The position numbers were made by a program, and so were the translations under genes. Shown piece by piece: positions 19,902-30,180 of a stretch of 64,000 bases of DNA (positions within the stretch are counted from its first letter, which is position 1; every line of letters begins with the position of its first letter). Origin of the DNA: an uncultured delta proteobacterium (GTDB lineage: Bacteria > Myxococcota_A > Polyangia > Polyangiales > Polyangiaceae); contig CAWFUX010000049.1 of the NCBI GenBank assembly GCA_963819085.1, forward strand, positions 24,382-88,381, written 5' to 3'. The notes under the pieces were generated by a model, which made no database searches, had not been told where the DNA came from, and saw only the letters and a list, made by a program, of their open reading frames with translations.

Positions 19902-20879
19902 CTAGGTCGGTCGCACGGCCTTGCGATAAGGCACTTTGGCAATCGCGTCGGCAACCAAACGTGCCCGCGCCTCAGTGTCCGCCTCGAGTTCGGGCACGAC
20001 AATGAGTCGATGTTCCAATACGGCAGGCGCTACCGCGCGAATGTCATCCGGGGTGAGAAATACTCGCCCTTCGAGCAGGCTCCGCGCTTTTGCCGAACGA
20101 AGCAGTGACAGCGATGCCCGAGGCGACGCCCCTAAAACGATATCCCGGTGCGATCGCGTATACGAAGCCAGGCGGACCGTGTATTCGTAAAGATCATCCT
20201 CGACGAATACTCGCTCGGCGAGTGATTGAAACTGCGTGAGTTCGCCGAGTGCGAGACTCGCGTGAGCTACCGGAGTAGCTATGCCGTGCGACTTGAGCAT
20301 CGCCACTTCGTCTCGAAGCTTCGTGTAGGTCATTGCGACGCGCATCACGAATCGATCGAGTTGCGCTTCTGGCAGCGCGTACGTACCCTCTAAATCTATC
20401 GGATTCTGGGTCGCAAGCACGAAAAAGGGTTCGGGCAATTCGAACCGCTCTCCCTCGATGGTAACCTGTCGCTCTTGCATTGCCTCGAGCAGCGCTGATT
20501 GGGTCTTCGCTGTCGCCCGATTGATTTCATCGGCAAGGACTACGTTTGCGAAGATCGGCCCGCCGCGGAAGCTGAATGTTCCCTCACGGGGATTCAAGAC
20601 ATAGGTGCCCGTGATATCGGCTGGTAGTAAGTCAGGCGTGAACTGAATTCGTTTCACTGAACATCCAAGAACGGATGCCAGGGCTTTGACCAACGTTGTC
20701 TTTGCAATTCCTGGAACGCCTTCGAGCAGTACGTGACCTCGGCTCAAGACGGCTATCAAAAGCAAATCAATCGTGGCCGTTTCACCAACGTAAACGGCGG
20801 CCACATCCCTTCGAACCGCATCCAGCCGGTCGCGGGCCGCTTCGATTTCCTGAGGGGAGACTCGGTTTTCTGGGTTCAC
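19902..20879 (-). CDS. MoxR-family AAA+ ATPase
   Basis: Walker A is GVPGIAKT and Walker B is VVLADEINRA. VLATQNPIDLEGTYALPEAQLDRF is the AAA_3/MoxR signature. The GTG start overlaps the upstream gene's stop (GTGA). Confidence 0.85.
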   Translation of the reverse strand: MNPENRVSPQEIEAARDRLDAVRRDVAAVYVGETATIDLLLIAVLSRGHVLLEGVPGIAKTTLVKALASVLGCSVKRIQFTPDLLPADITGTYVLNPREGTFSFRGGPIFANVVLADEINRATAKTQSALLEAMQERQVTIEGERFELPEPFFVLATQNPIDLEGTYALPEAQLDRFVMRVAMTYTKLRDEVAMLKSHGIATPVAHASLALGELTQFQSLAERVFVEDDLYEYTVRLASYTRSHRDIVLGASPRASLSLLRSAKARSLLEGRVFLTPDDIRAVAPAVLEHRLIVVPELEADTEARARLVADAIAKVPYRKAVRPT

Positions 20880-22430
20880 GGGCGCTGACGATGGTCGATA
20901 GTCTTGGCGATGTCGAGCATAAGTAGATGTGCTTGGCTCAACTCTTTCTGAGAAATTCGGGTCCGACCCCCACTGATGAGTGACGTCTGTACGTGGTTGA
21001 CACGAGCAGACAATGCCTGAAGCTTTTCCCGCTGTGCCGCAGTTACGAGTTGGTTCTCGAGCGCGGCGTCGAAGAGCGCCGTCATTGCGACTTGTTCACC
21101 GAGATCTAGGTGTGCCGTTAGGTAGGCTGAGATCGCCCCCATTAGTTCCAATAGTACGAGCCCGCGAGGGGTGGATGGCGCGGCCAACACCGCAGCCCGC
21201 CCAGGCTCCCCGGGTTGCGAAACGAGTGGAACGGGTAGCGCAAACCTGGGCCGATAGACGCCAACCTTTTGCGCCATTCGTTGCCAGGCCTCTCGACCAA
21301 TCATCAATGCTGCCACGAGGCCCAATATCCAAGCGGTGAATTCTGGAATTCTCCATTGAGCCCAGTTGCTGCCGGCTTCCCGCAGTCGATTGGCTGAGAA
21401 ATCTTGGCGACAGCGGATCGCTGCTGGCGTGCTGTTGCGAAAACTCATTGGCAACCAGGTACAATTTGCCTTTGCGTGCACCCCACGTGTCGTCTTCGAC
21501 CAAGTAATCCAAGAGCCGCTCCGCAAATTGGCGATTCTCGGGATAGCGGAGCATGAGGTTGATCACGGCCGAGGGATCGCCCATCGCAAACAGGCGCCCC
21601 CTTTGCCCAATGACGCCTGAGATAGCTAGGGGATAGGACGCGCCGTCTCTTGCACGAATCTCTAGAACTGGCGTAAGCCCGGGGTTGACGAATGTCGTGG
21701 GATGATTGGTTAGTATGTGAGCAATGCCAACCACCATGCTGTGAATGAACTCGCCCTGCCCCTCTGCACCATTTCGAATCGGTTCGGCCCAGGCCAAGTT
21801 GTGATTGCCCCGTAGGGCTTCGACGGGCCTAAGCGGAGGGTTAGTACGCCGAATTCCAAACCGTTCTAGAAACGGCCCCGAACTGCCAAAGTCGTCGAGA
21901 ATTGCAATTCTCCCTCCCGAAAGCATGAAGACGTTGAAGGCGTCGGCAGGGAGCGCGACGCTCGGGTGCAAAATCAGGAGTCCATCGCCTGGAGTCAGGG
22001 TCGCGAAATCAATAGAAGCGACCAGGCGCACACGGTCCGAGCCGAACCGCGAACGTGCGAGATGCAGTAGTTCGCTGCTGCCCTCCCAACTGGTGTCGTT
22101 GAAATCGAATGAGGCCGCCCTTGCGGGTGACGTCATGACCAAGCAGAAGAAAAGCGCGAGTCCCAGCCAACTCCATCGATTTTTCGCCCACTTAGGCGAA
22201 CAGATTGCCGCAGAACGGTCGGCCGCTTGTATTTCCTGGCTCAGCGAAATTGACCCGGTTGGACCTTTTTTACACGCAATGGCTTTAGATAGCGAAACGA
22301 AGGGCCGTTCTCCGACGTCAGATACTATGAGTAATGTCATTGCTTGAAGTATCGAAAAATGTGACCGCCTCGCCCATCGGTGTTCATCGCTTGGAGTGTC
22401 CGCACCGGGGCCGAACCAAAAGCCAAACAT
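20876..22430 (-). pseudogene. DUF4350-like exported protein with C-terminal TM/helical region, frame-disrupted
   Basis: Track pieces 21096-22430 and 20876-21526 belong together. The first reads sensibly up to ..KGKLYLVANEFSQQHASSDPLSPRFLS. The second reads sensibly from ..NRLREAGSNWAQWRIPEFTAWILGLVAALMIG. The junction lies near 21390-21420. The N-terminal domain (GDGLLILHP.., GGRIAILDDFG) resembles DUF4350, which commonly precedes MoxR. The true start is probably downstream of 22430, near the signal peptide WSWLGLALFFCLVMTSPARA. Confidence 0.5.
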
Positions 22431-22498
22431 TCTCTTGACCAGCGTGCTAGTCGGGTTAGATTAGTACTATAGGCGGCCTAGACAAGAACGAGCGCCCC

Positions 22499-22690
22499 AT
22501 GTTGCCTCCTTTCATTATCGAACAAATTAGAAAACGAGAAGAAGAAGAAAGGCGCAGCCACTTGCAGGATCAGCCGCGGCTTGAGATTCCTATGGACATT
22601 CATAGGCCGGCTTCCCCAAGGGAAAAAGAGGACGACGGCGAGTCGCCGGACCGAGGAATAATTATCGTCAACCTACTTGGCGACACGTAA
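22499..22690 (+). CDS. Small highly charged hypothetical protein (63 aa)
   Basis: The ORF is clean with coding-like composition (MLPPFIIEQIRKREEEERR...GIIIVNLLGDT). I recognise no domain. Confidence 0.35.
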   Translation: MLPPFIIEQIRKREEEERRSHLQDQPRLEIPMDIHRPASPREKEDDGESPDRGIIIVNLLGDT

Positions 22691-22787
22691 CTCGGTCCGT
22701 GATCCAGCTGAGTGCTGACTGCTTCATTCAACTCGCAACAGTAATGGCAAGCTCAGCTGCGTTGAGTGTACTAGGCTCGGCCCGCCG

Positions 22788-24470
22788 ATGCGTCGTATTT
22801 TCGCCCTTGCAGCTTTTTCGCTTCTTGCCTGTTACTCAATCGGAGAGGGCATCGCTCCCCCGCTCGGAAGCATCTATTTTCCGACGGGGCTCGTCGTTAG
22901 CCAAGATTCCAGCCACTTATACGTAGTCAACAGCGACTTCGATCTTCAATATAACGCTGGGACTATACAATCCCTCGATCTCAATCGAATTCGCTCATTG
23001 ACCCCACGCGGTTGCAATTCAGATTCTGATTGTCCCGCTGAAAAGTATTGCGACGTTCCGCCGGCAACGGGTGACCGCATAGAACACAGCTACTGGTGCG
23101 TTGATCGCGCCGGTACCTACGGCAATCTTCCTTGCGCAGCGCTTGGAGACAGCTCGCCGAGCGTTCGGGTTACGGTGCCCGGTCGATGCAACGCAGTCAA
23201 CCTGCAAAATCCTCAAGATGGGGCGGGGTCTCCTCTTACCGATTCCGTGGCCATCGGTGCATTTGCCACCGATGTCATATCCCGAAGCTTTCCTACTCCC
23301 GACAAATACGTAGAGCGTCTGTTCGTGCCGGTGCGTGGTGAATCCAGTGTAAATTGGATTGATGTCACCGCAGGGGGTAAATTCGAATGTGGACAAAGCG
23401 CGAGTCAGTCTTGTGATGACAAACATCGCGTGGGTCAGGATCCCAGCGATAATTCACGGGGGCTGCGCTTACCGCCGGAGCCGTATGCGATAGCGGCATC
23501 TGCCGACGCCTCATCGATTGTCGTCACTCACCAAACACAGGGCGCTGTTTCCCTGCTCATCAATGATTGGGTCGAGGGCCCGCACCTTGAATTCGTATAT
23601 GGCGGGCTACCCCCGATGCCAATTGCGGTCGCTGCAATGCCGCAGCCCGCACTAGTCCAGTCGGGACTTTACAACGTGGCCCAGGGCTTTCTAGTTGCTT
23701 ATGAGACTACGTCTCGAATCGACCTATTTAGGTCCTTATCCGACGCTCAGTCAACACCTGCGCGGCCCTACCTGGAGCTGAGTGCGAGCGTGCCCGTAAC
23801 CGTCAATTCGGGTGGATATGACGTGCGAGGAATCGCAGCTGACGACTCCGAAAGAATGCTGTGCGATTCGAATGCTGCGGCGTCGCGCGACCAATGCCTG
23901 AGTGGCTGCTCCAGTGCGACAACGGATGCCGATCGCACGATTTGTGAATCCGGATGTCAAACGAGTAACGTAAGTCTGCTAACCACTTGCGCGAACGTAC
24001 CGGTTGACGTTTATGCGTCGAGCCGCTCGCCATCGAGTCTACTAGTCGGGCATACGACCCCCAACACATTACTTACGCCCAATTTCGACGTCCCTAATTT
24101 CAACAACGTCATACCGCTTCCCACGGGCGTCTCGCGTATTCAAGTTGCCAAAATTATCAACTCTGATGGGGTCCTCGAGACTCGAGTGTTCGTGGTGAGT
24201 TTTGATTCGCGCCGCGTGTCGATCTACGATCCCGCGAGACAACGGGTAGAGGCCTACGTGACTACTGGAAGGGGGCCACAAGCATTGGCATTCGATGTCC
24301 AAGCGCCGTCGTCACCCGGTAGCACCAATGAAGGACATGCCTACGCATTCATTGGACATTTCACGGACTCATATATTGGAGTTATCGAACTTGATCGCAG
24401 ACGCGGACGTTCCTACGGCAACATAATACTGAGCCTTGGGTCCGCAATTCCTCCGAGGACTTCAAAGTGA
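22788..24470 (+). CDS. Cys-rich beta-propeller (YVTN/YncE-like repeat) lipoprotein
   Basis: The lipobox is SLLAC. Repeated strands of the type LYVVNSDFD, IVVTHQTQGAVSLL, RVSIYDPARQRVEAYVTTGRGPQALAFD and AFIGHFTDSYIGVIELD occur. There are many paired Cys. The stop overlaps the next start (GTGA). Confidence 0.55.
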   Translation: MRRIFALAAFSLLACYSIGEGIAPPLGSIYFPTGLVVSQDSSHLYVVNSDFDLQYNAGTIQSLDLNRIRSLTPRGCNSDSDCPAEKYCDVPPATGDRIEHSYWCVDRAGTYGNLPCAALGDSSPSVRVTVPGRCNAVNLQNPQDGAGSPLTDSVAIGAFATDVISRSFPTPDKYVERLFVPVRGESSVNWIDVTAGGKFECGQSASQSCDDKHRVGQDPSDNSRGLRLPPEPYAIAASADASSIVVTHQTQGAVSLLINDWVEGPHLEFVYGGLPPMPIAVAAMPQPALVQSGLYNVAQGFLVAYETTSRIDLFRSLSDAQSTPARPYLELSASVPVTVNSGGYDVRGIAADDSERMLCDSNAAASRDQCLSGCSSATTDADRTICESGCQTSNVSLLTTCANVPVDVYASSRSPSSLLVGHTTPNTLLTPNFDVPNFNNVIPLPTGVSRIQVAKIINSDGVLETRVFVVSFDSRRVSIYDPARQRVEAYVTTGRGPQALAFDVQAPSSPGSTNEGHAYAFIGHFTDSYIGVIELDRRRGRSYGNIILSLGSAIPPRTSK

Positions 24471-27465
24471 TTCGATTGATTCGCCCGTTAGCCCTACTCG
24501 GGCTGCTTTTCGTCACGAACTGCCAGCAAACGGTGACACCACCACCGCTCCTGTCATTGTCTCGAAGTGGCGGTATGTCAGTGATTTGTCGGGATATGAC
24601 GAGCGGCCAAGGGCAAGATATCAACGGTTGTCCGGATGCCTACGCTACAACCTGGGATGGCCGACACACCTTGTTGATGGTTACGCAGCAAGAGCGCGGT
24701 GAGGTGGCGGTCATCGACATGACCACGCGCGTCGTATTGGATGAAGATCCGACGGTACCGGGGACGGAGTTCTTGCCAATTGGCAAATTGCCAGTTGCAA
24801 TTACCTCAACTCCCGGAGGTGCTTCAACGTTCGTTGCGACCGCTGAACCGGGAAGGGAAGCCATTTTCGCACTGCCAACTTCGTGCGCCGTCGCGCCGAG
24901 CGCGAATCAGCCGCCCCGCGACCTCACCCAGTGGAGCGCTTGCAAGCTCCCCGCCGCGCCTGGGGAAATGACTATTTTGTCCGACGCTACACTCAATTCA
25001 GGTGGGGAGTTCCGCCGCACCTGCGATGGTGACGGGGTATCAGATGTCGATCCGATTACCCGCTCGGATTGCCCGGCGGATTGGGATGCTGAGCAGCAAA
25101 TCTCGCCGGCTGGACGCCGTAAGCTCTTGGTCACGTTGCCAACGCTTGGCGGCGTAGCAATCCTAGATGCAAGAAACCTGTTCGACCGAGTACCGGGAAC
25201 GTTCGGCGATTGCACCATCGAACGTTGGCTTCCACTTTCGCCATCCGTACCCACCGGCGTTCAAGAACAGCGCATACCAGCCGACCTTGTCCCGTCAGAT
25301 CCGTCTTGCACGGTCACTCCACGATATTCCGTCGGCCCACCACCGTCAGGTTTCGTTGCGAAGCCAGCGGGCATAGCAGTCAAAGAAGGACAGCTTTATG
25401 TCGCGGACATGGGTACGCCACTGGTTCACGTTCTCAACGTTAAGGATCCCTGCGATCCTCATGAATTGCCACCACTTTTGCCCAGTTCGTATGATGTACC
25501 GACGCGACCAGTCTACACTAGTAGTGTCGCTGTAAGCGACTTGACATCCAAGGGTGAACGTTTCGTCTATGCGGTAGACAGTGACGACGGAAGCATTTTA
25601 GCCTTCGATGTGAGTCCGAACGCCACTCAAAAGACACCGATAATTAGAGACGGCACCAAGTACCTGCCCTATTATTCTCCAGACAGGATTCAAACGAATC
25701 TTCAAAATGCGAGCGTGAAAGACCTGCTGTTCGTCACGCATGACGTGCCCATCGTCGATGTCGGGAGCGCGACTTCTGCAACGGGCATCCAATGCAACCC
25801 TAATCCAGCCGTCTTGGGTGAGACGAGCGCGGAATACCGGACGTCGGGCGACTACACTCGTGGAGCAAGCCCTTCCAAGCTCCGGGGCACATTCGCGATT
25901 GCGGCATTGTCAGACGGACACCTGGGCGTCGTTGACGTGGAGGACTGGGATGCACCTTGTCGTCGCCCGATTCAGAGCAATAGCTCTTCCGTTCCAGATT
26001 GGCGCGGCTGCTCGAATGACCTCTCACTGCCAAACGGGCTCTATGCGCTCTCCGATGGCACTCGCACGGTGTCCGACGAATCGTCTTGCCGCGTAGTTGA
26101 AGAGCATCACGCGCGCAGCGGGCGATTCTTTGCCAACAACACGACGGTTGGTACCAGTGCGCCGTCTCTTCAAACATTTCCCACGCTCACGTCAATTACC
26201 GGAAATGTCGCCACCGACAGCTCATCGAAAGCTACGGCCAATCCTCGAATGCTTGCGGTCGCGTTCCCCAATCCGCCTGAGGTTTCCGAGGTTTTCGTGG
26301 GCTCGACGCTTTATTACCTCTCCAATGGCAGCACCCCACCCAATAACGCCACATTGTTGAGTGTCAACCCCGCAGTCGCCAGCAACAACTCTCTATTGTT
26401 GCCTCTGGTAGAACCTCGGACATACCTACCCGCGGAAAATTTCAGCGTCACATTCGAGGGAAAGCTATTCGATGATCGCCAAACTGGATTCTTGTCCCTG
26501 TCTGATTTCGACGCCGGCCTTGAGTTGACTCTGGCAGATCATGATGCTGGGTTTTGCGATCAAGGCGTTGAAGATTCAGACGCAGCTGCGAAACAAGCGA
26601 AGCAATTCGTCAGCACCGATACCCAACTGCAGGACGCTCAGACCGCTGCGTTTGCCCTCGATCACACCGACAAAGTGCAGGTCACCATTGACTTCACCGA
26701 TAGTAACCCTTACTGGAGCACTCCGGTCGGTGCTGCCTGCGCCAAGGATGATAAGCTAGGAGTTAGTGGTATCAGCGGCTGCCGCACTTATTTTGGGACG
26801 CCAACCGACTTCAAAGACACGAGGGAATGGCGAATTCTCGAAGCCTATCAAGACAAATTGGTTCTGGATCCTGCGTCACACGACGCGACGGCCCTCGCGA
26901 ACTTGCACTGTTGTTTCCCAGCGACCGTTTTGTATACGGTTCGTGCGCCGAACACTTGGCTCTTTCGGGGTCAACAACCCATGACTAATGTTGTCGTCAA
27001 CCCGGCTAGCAACCGTTGCGTCATCAATGATGAGTGCAACCCGCGCAAGCAATTGTTGAGGAATCGGATCATCGAAATCTCGAGCACGGACACTTCATGC
27101 GGTGATGCATGCAGCATTGGCGCTCCAACAACGAAGAGTCCCGTTTGTGCAGTTTCCAGAATAATCAGCCCGACCTGAGTACAATCGGACCGGGATGCGT
27201 TTTTGATTCTCTCAAGGCCCGGTTTGCCATCTACAGCGGGACCAACCCCAGCGTCCGCGATATGTCGTTTGGCTGGCAAGTTGTGGGTGGTTTCATTCCG
27301 TATGAACTCAATCTGGCCAATCACCTCACGGGCTCGGCTATCGTGCCGCAGACAATGCTTGCAGCGCCTAATCTCAATGCAGTTTTCGTTGTCGAAGCCG
27401 ATTCGGGTGGAGTATTCGAGATAGTGCTCGACCCATTCGTGGTCAACGGGGATCCGTATCTCTAG
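24467..27465 (+). pseudogene. Very large (about 1000 aa) beta-propeller-like lipoprotein, frame change near the 3' end
   Basis: The lipobox-like signal is LLFVTNC. Propeller-like repeats include GEVAVIDMTTRVV and LYVADMGTPLVHVLNV. Track pieces 24467-27178 and 27109-27465 overlap. The second piece (..GPGCVFDSLKARFAIYSG...VFVVEADSGGVFEIVLDPF) looks like the genuine C-terminus. A -1 type shift lies between 27110 and 27170. Confidence 0.55.
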
Positions 27466-27498
27466 TCCGCGGTAACTTTGTGAGGGACCTCAGCCAGC

Positions 27499-30111
27499 AT
27501 GAGTGCGCGCGATACACCAGTCATGCGGCAGCATGCCGAAGCCAAGCGGGAATATCCGGATGCCCTGATATTCTTCCGTCTCGGAGATTTCTACGAGTTA
27601 TTTGGTGACGACGCAATTATCGCGGCGCCCATTTTGGAATTGGTGCTCACCAGTCGCAACAAAGGGGCCAGCGACGAGATCCCGATGGCCGGCGTCCCGC
27701 ACCATGCGGCGCACGGTTACATCGGACGCTTACTCGAGGCCGGTTACAAGGTAGCGCTTTGTGAACAAATGGCCGATCCGGCGAAATGCAAGGGGATTGT
27801 ACCGCGACAAGTCGTACGCGTGATTACGCCTGGCCTGGTTACGGATCGCGATCAACTCGATGCGAACACCAACAACTGGCTTGCTGCTGTTGCCACTGAC
27901 ACAGGGCACGTTGGCCTAGCGATGCTCGACCTGTCCACCGGAGAACTCGCCTCGACTCCACTCGACGACGCGGCAATGTTGCTCGGAGAGCTTGCGCGAG
28001 TTTCGCCGCGCGAATGTTTATTTGGGGGTCTTGATTCTCACTTGGACATGGCCGGCTTCTCGAAAGCGCTAAGCACGATATTACCGCGTGCGATTGTTCG
28101 AGACGACCCGCCGTTAGCGGATCAGGACATTCAATCACTGCTAAGCAACGTAACCAATGTCAGCGAAGGACTAACGCTAGCCGAGCAGCGAGGCGTAGCC
28201 CGCGTTATGCGGTTTGCTCAACAATGCAGTGTAGGTAAGCATCTTCCCCTTTATCGACTCACCCGTATCGAGGCTGGGCAAGGTCTAGTCATTGATGAAG
28301 TAACTCAAGCGCATCTGGAGCTCGTACATTCACTTCAGGGCGGCAGGACGGGCACACTGCTTTCGACCATCGACGTGACAAAGACCCCCGGCGGAGCCCG
28401 ATTGATGCGGCGATGGCTCCTATCGCCGCTTCGAGAAGTGCGACTTATTCGCCGACGCCAAGATACCGTCGAAGCTTTTGTCGTCAATCCGCGAATAAGG
28501 ACCTTCGTTCGCGAGTGCCTCGGGAAAATCGGTGATCTTGAACGGCTAGTGACCCGTGCGGTGCTCGGCGAAGGGACGCCGCGTGATTTAGGAGCAATCC
28601 GTCAGGGGCTTGAAACGGCGCACAATATTTCAATGCATCTGGCTTCGGTTGCTGACAATAGCTTTCTTGAAGCAATGGAACTCACCGAGACCCCCCTAGA
28701 CACCGTCTCCGACATAGCTCTAGAACTAACGAATGCGTTGGTTGAAAACCCACCCGCGGCGCTAAAGGATGGGTCCATTTTCAGGCCCGTTTACGATGAC
28801 GAATTGCGGGAATACGACGACCTGCGGCGGACTGGGACAGACAGAATATCGCAGCTCGAAACACAGTTGCGAGAATCCACGGGTATCGCAACGCTGAAAA
28901 TTCGCTTTACTCAGTCTTTGGCTGGTACATCGAGGTTAGCCGCGCCCAGGCAGTGAAAGCGCCTGGCGAATGGCGGCGAAAGCAAACGATAGCCACCGGA
29001 GAGCGCTTCACGTTTCCGGAATTGGAGGATTTGGCTGACAAGATCAGTCACGCCGAGGAGCGTCACCGCGAGCGTGAACTGGCACTGCTTCGTGCGATTC
29101 TGACAAAGGTTGCGGACGCAGCCACACGGATTCAGATCTTGTCTGCTCGCTTAGCCCAATGGGATGTCGCCGCAGCGCTGGCTGAAGTGGCCCACCGATA
29201 CGATTACTGTCGCCCCGTGATCGACGACAGCGATGCAATCGAGATACATGATGGAAGGCATCCGGTGGTGGAACGCATGGCAGCAGAAGGCCGCTTCGTT
29301 CCCAATGATTGTCAGCTTGACCTAAACGCCGAACGGCTGTGGTTGATTACCGGACCGAACATGGCCGGCAAGAGCACATTCTTGCGACAGGTGGCGCTGA
29401 TCATAATTTTGGCACAGATGGGTTCGTATGTGCCCGCTAGTCAATCGCGCATTGGAATCGTCGATCGCATTTTGTCCCGCGTTGGAGCCAGCGATAACCT
29501 CGCGCGAGGCGAAAGCACATTCATGGTGGAAATGCGCGAGACCAGCCGCATATTGCGCAACGCAACTCGGCGTAGCCTCGTGGTTTTGGATGAAATCGGA
29601 CGAGGAACGAGCACCTATGACGGCCTGGCAATCGCATGGTCGGTGGCGGAGTACCTGGACGAAACGATCGGGTGTCGCGCCCTCTTCGCAACGCATTATC
29701 ATGAATTGACGCAACTGGCCGAGTTGCTTCCCCACGCCTCAAATCTAAGTGTGTCCGCAAAGGAAGTTAACGAGCGACGTGGTGTTCCTGTACAGGCTGA
29801 CGCGCGGCGCCGCCAGCCGAAGCTATGGTGTAGCGGTCGCTAAACTTGCCGCCCTCCCCGAACCTGTCTTGTTGCGAGCCAAATCGGTCTTGGCCCAGTT
29901 GGAAAGTCAAGGTACGGATATCTTGAACCATCTGCCAACTGAGGGCCATCAGGGGGCAGCAACACGTCAATTGGACCTCTTTCACTCTCCCTCATCCATT
30001 GATAAGACCTCACAGCAGATCGTCGACAGCTTGAGGAGCATTGACACGGAACGCCTGACTCCCCTGGAAGCACTAGCTCTTCTCGACCGCTGGAAAAAGA
30101 GTCTTGAGTAG
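27499..30111 (+). pseudogene. mutS: DNA mismatch repair protein MutS, two frame disruptions (pseudogene or assembly error)
   Basis: The three pieces are 27499-28956, 28953-29843 and 29749-30111. The N-terminus is TPVMRQHAEAKREYPDALIFFRLGDFYELFGDDA and Walker A is ITGPNMAGKSTFLRQ. The first join is ..LKIRFT(x)VFGWYIEVSRAQAVKAP.. with one base missing at 28912-28913. The second join is ..SAKEVN(x)DVVFLYRLTRGAASRSYGVAVAKLA.. with one extra base around 29771-29777. Confidence 0.9.
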
Positions 30112-30180
30112 TTCGAGGGAGCGTCCGATTCGGAGACTTGGGTCAAGTTTATTGGTACCGCCCGGTTTCGCTCCAAACAA

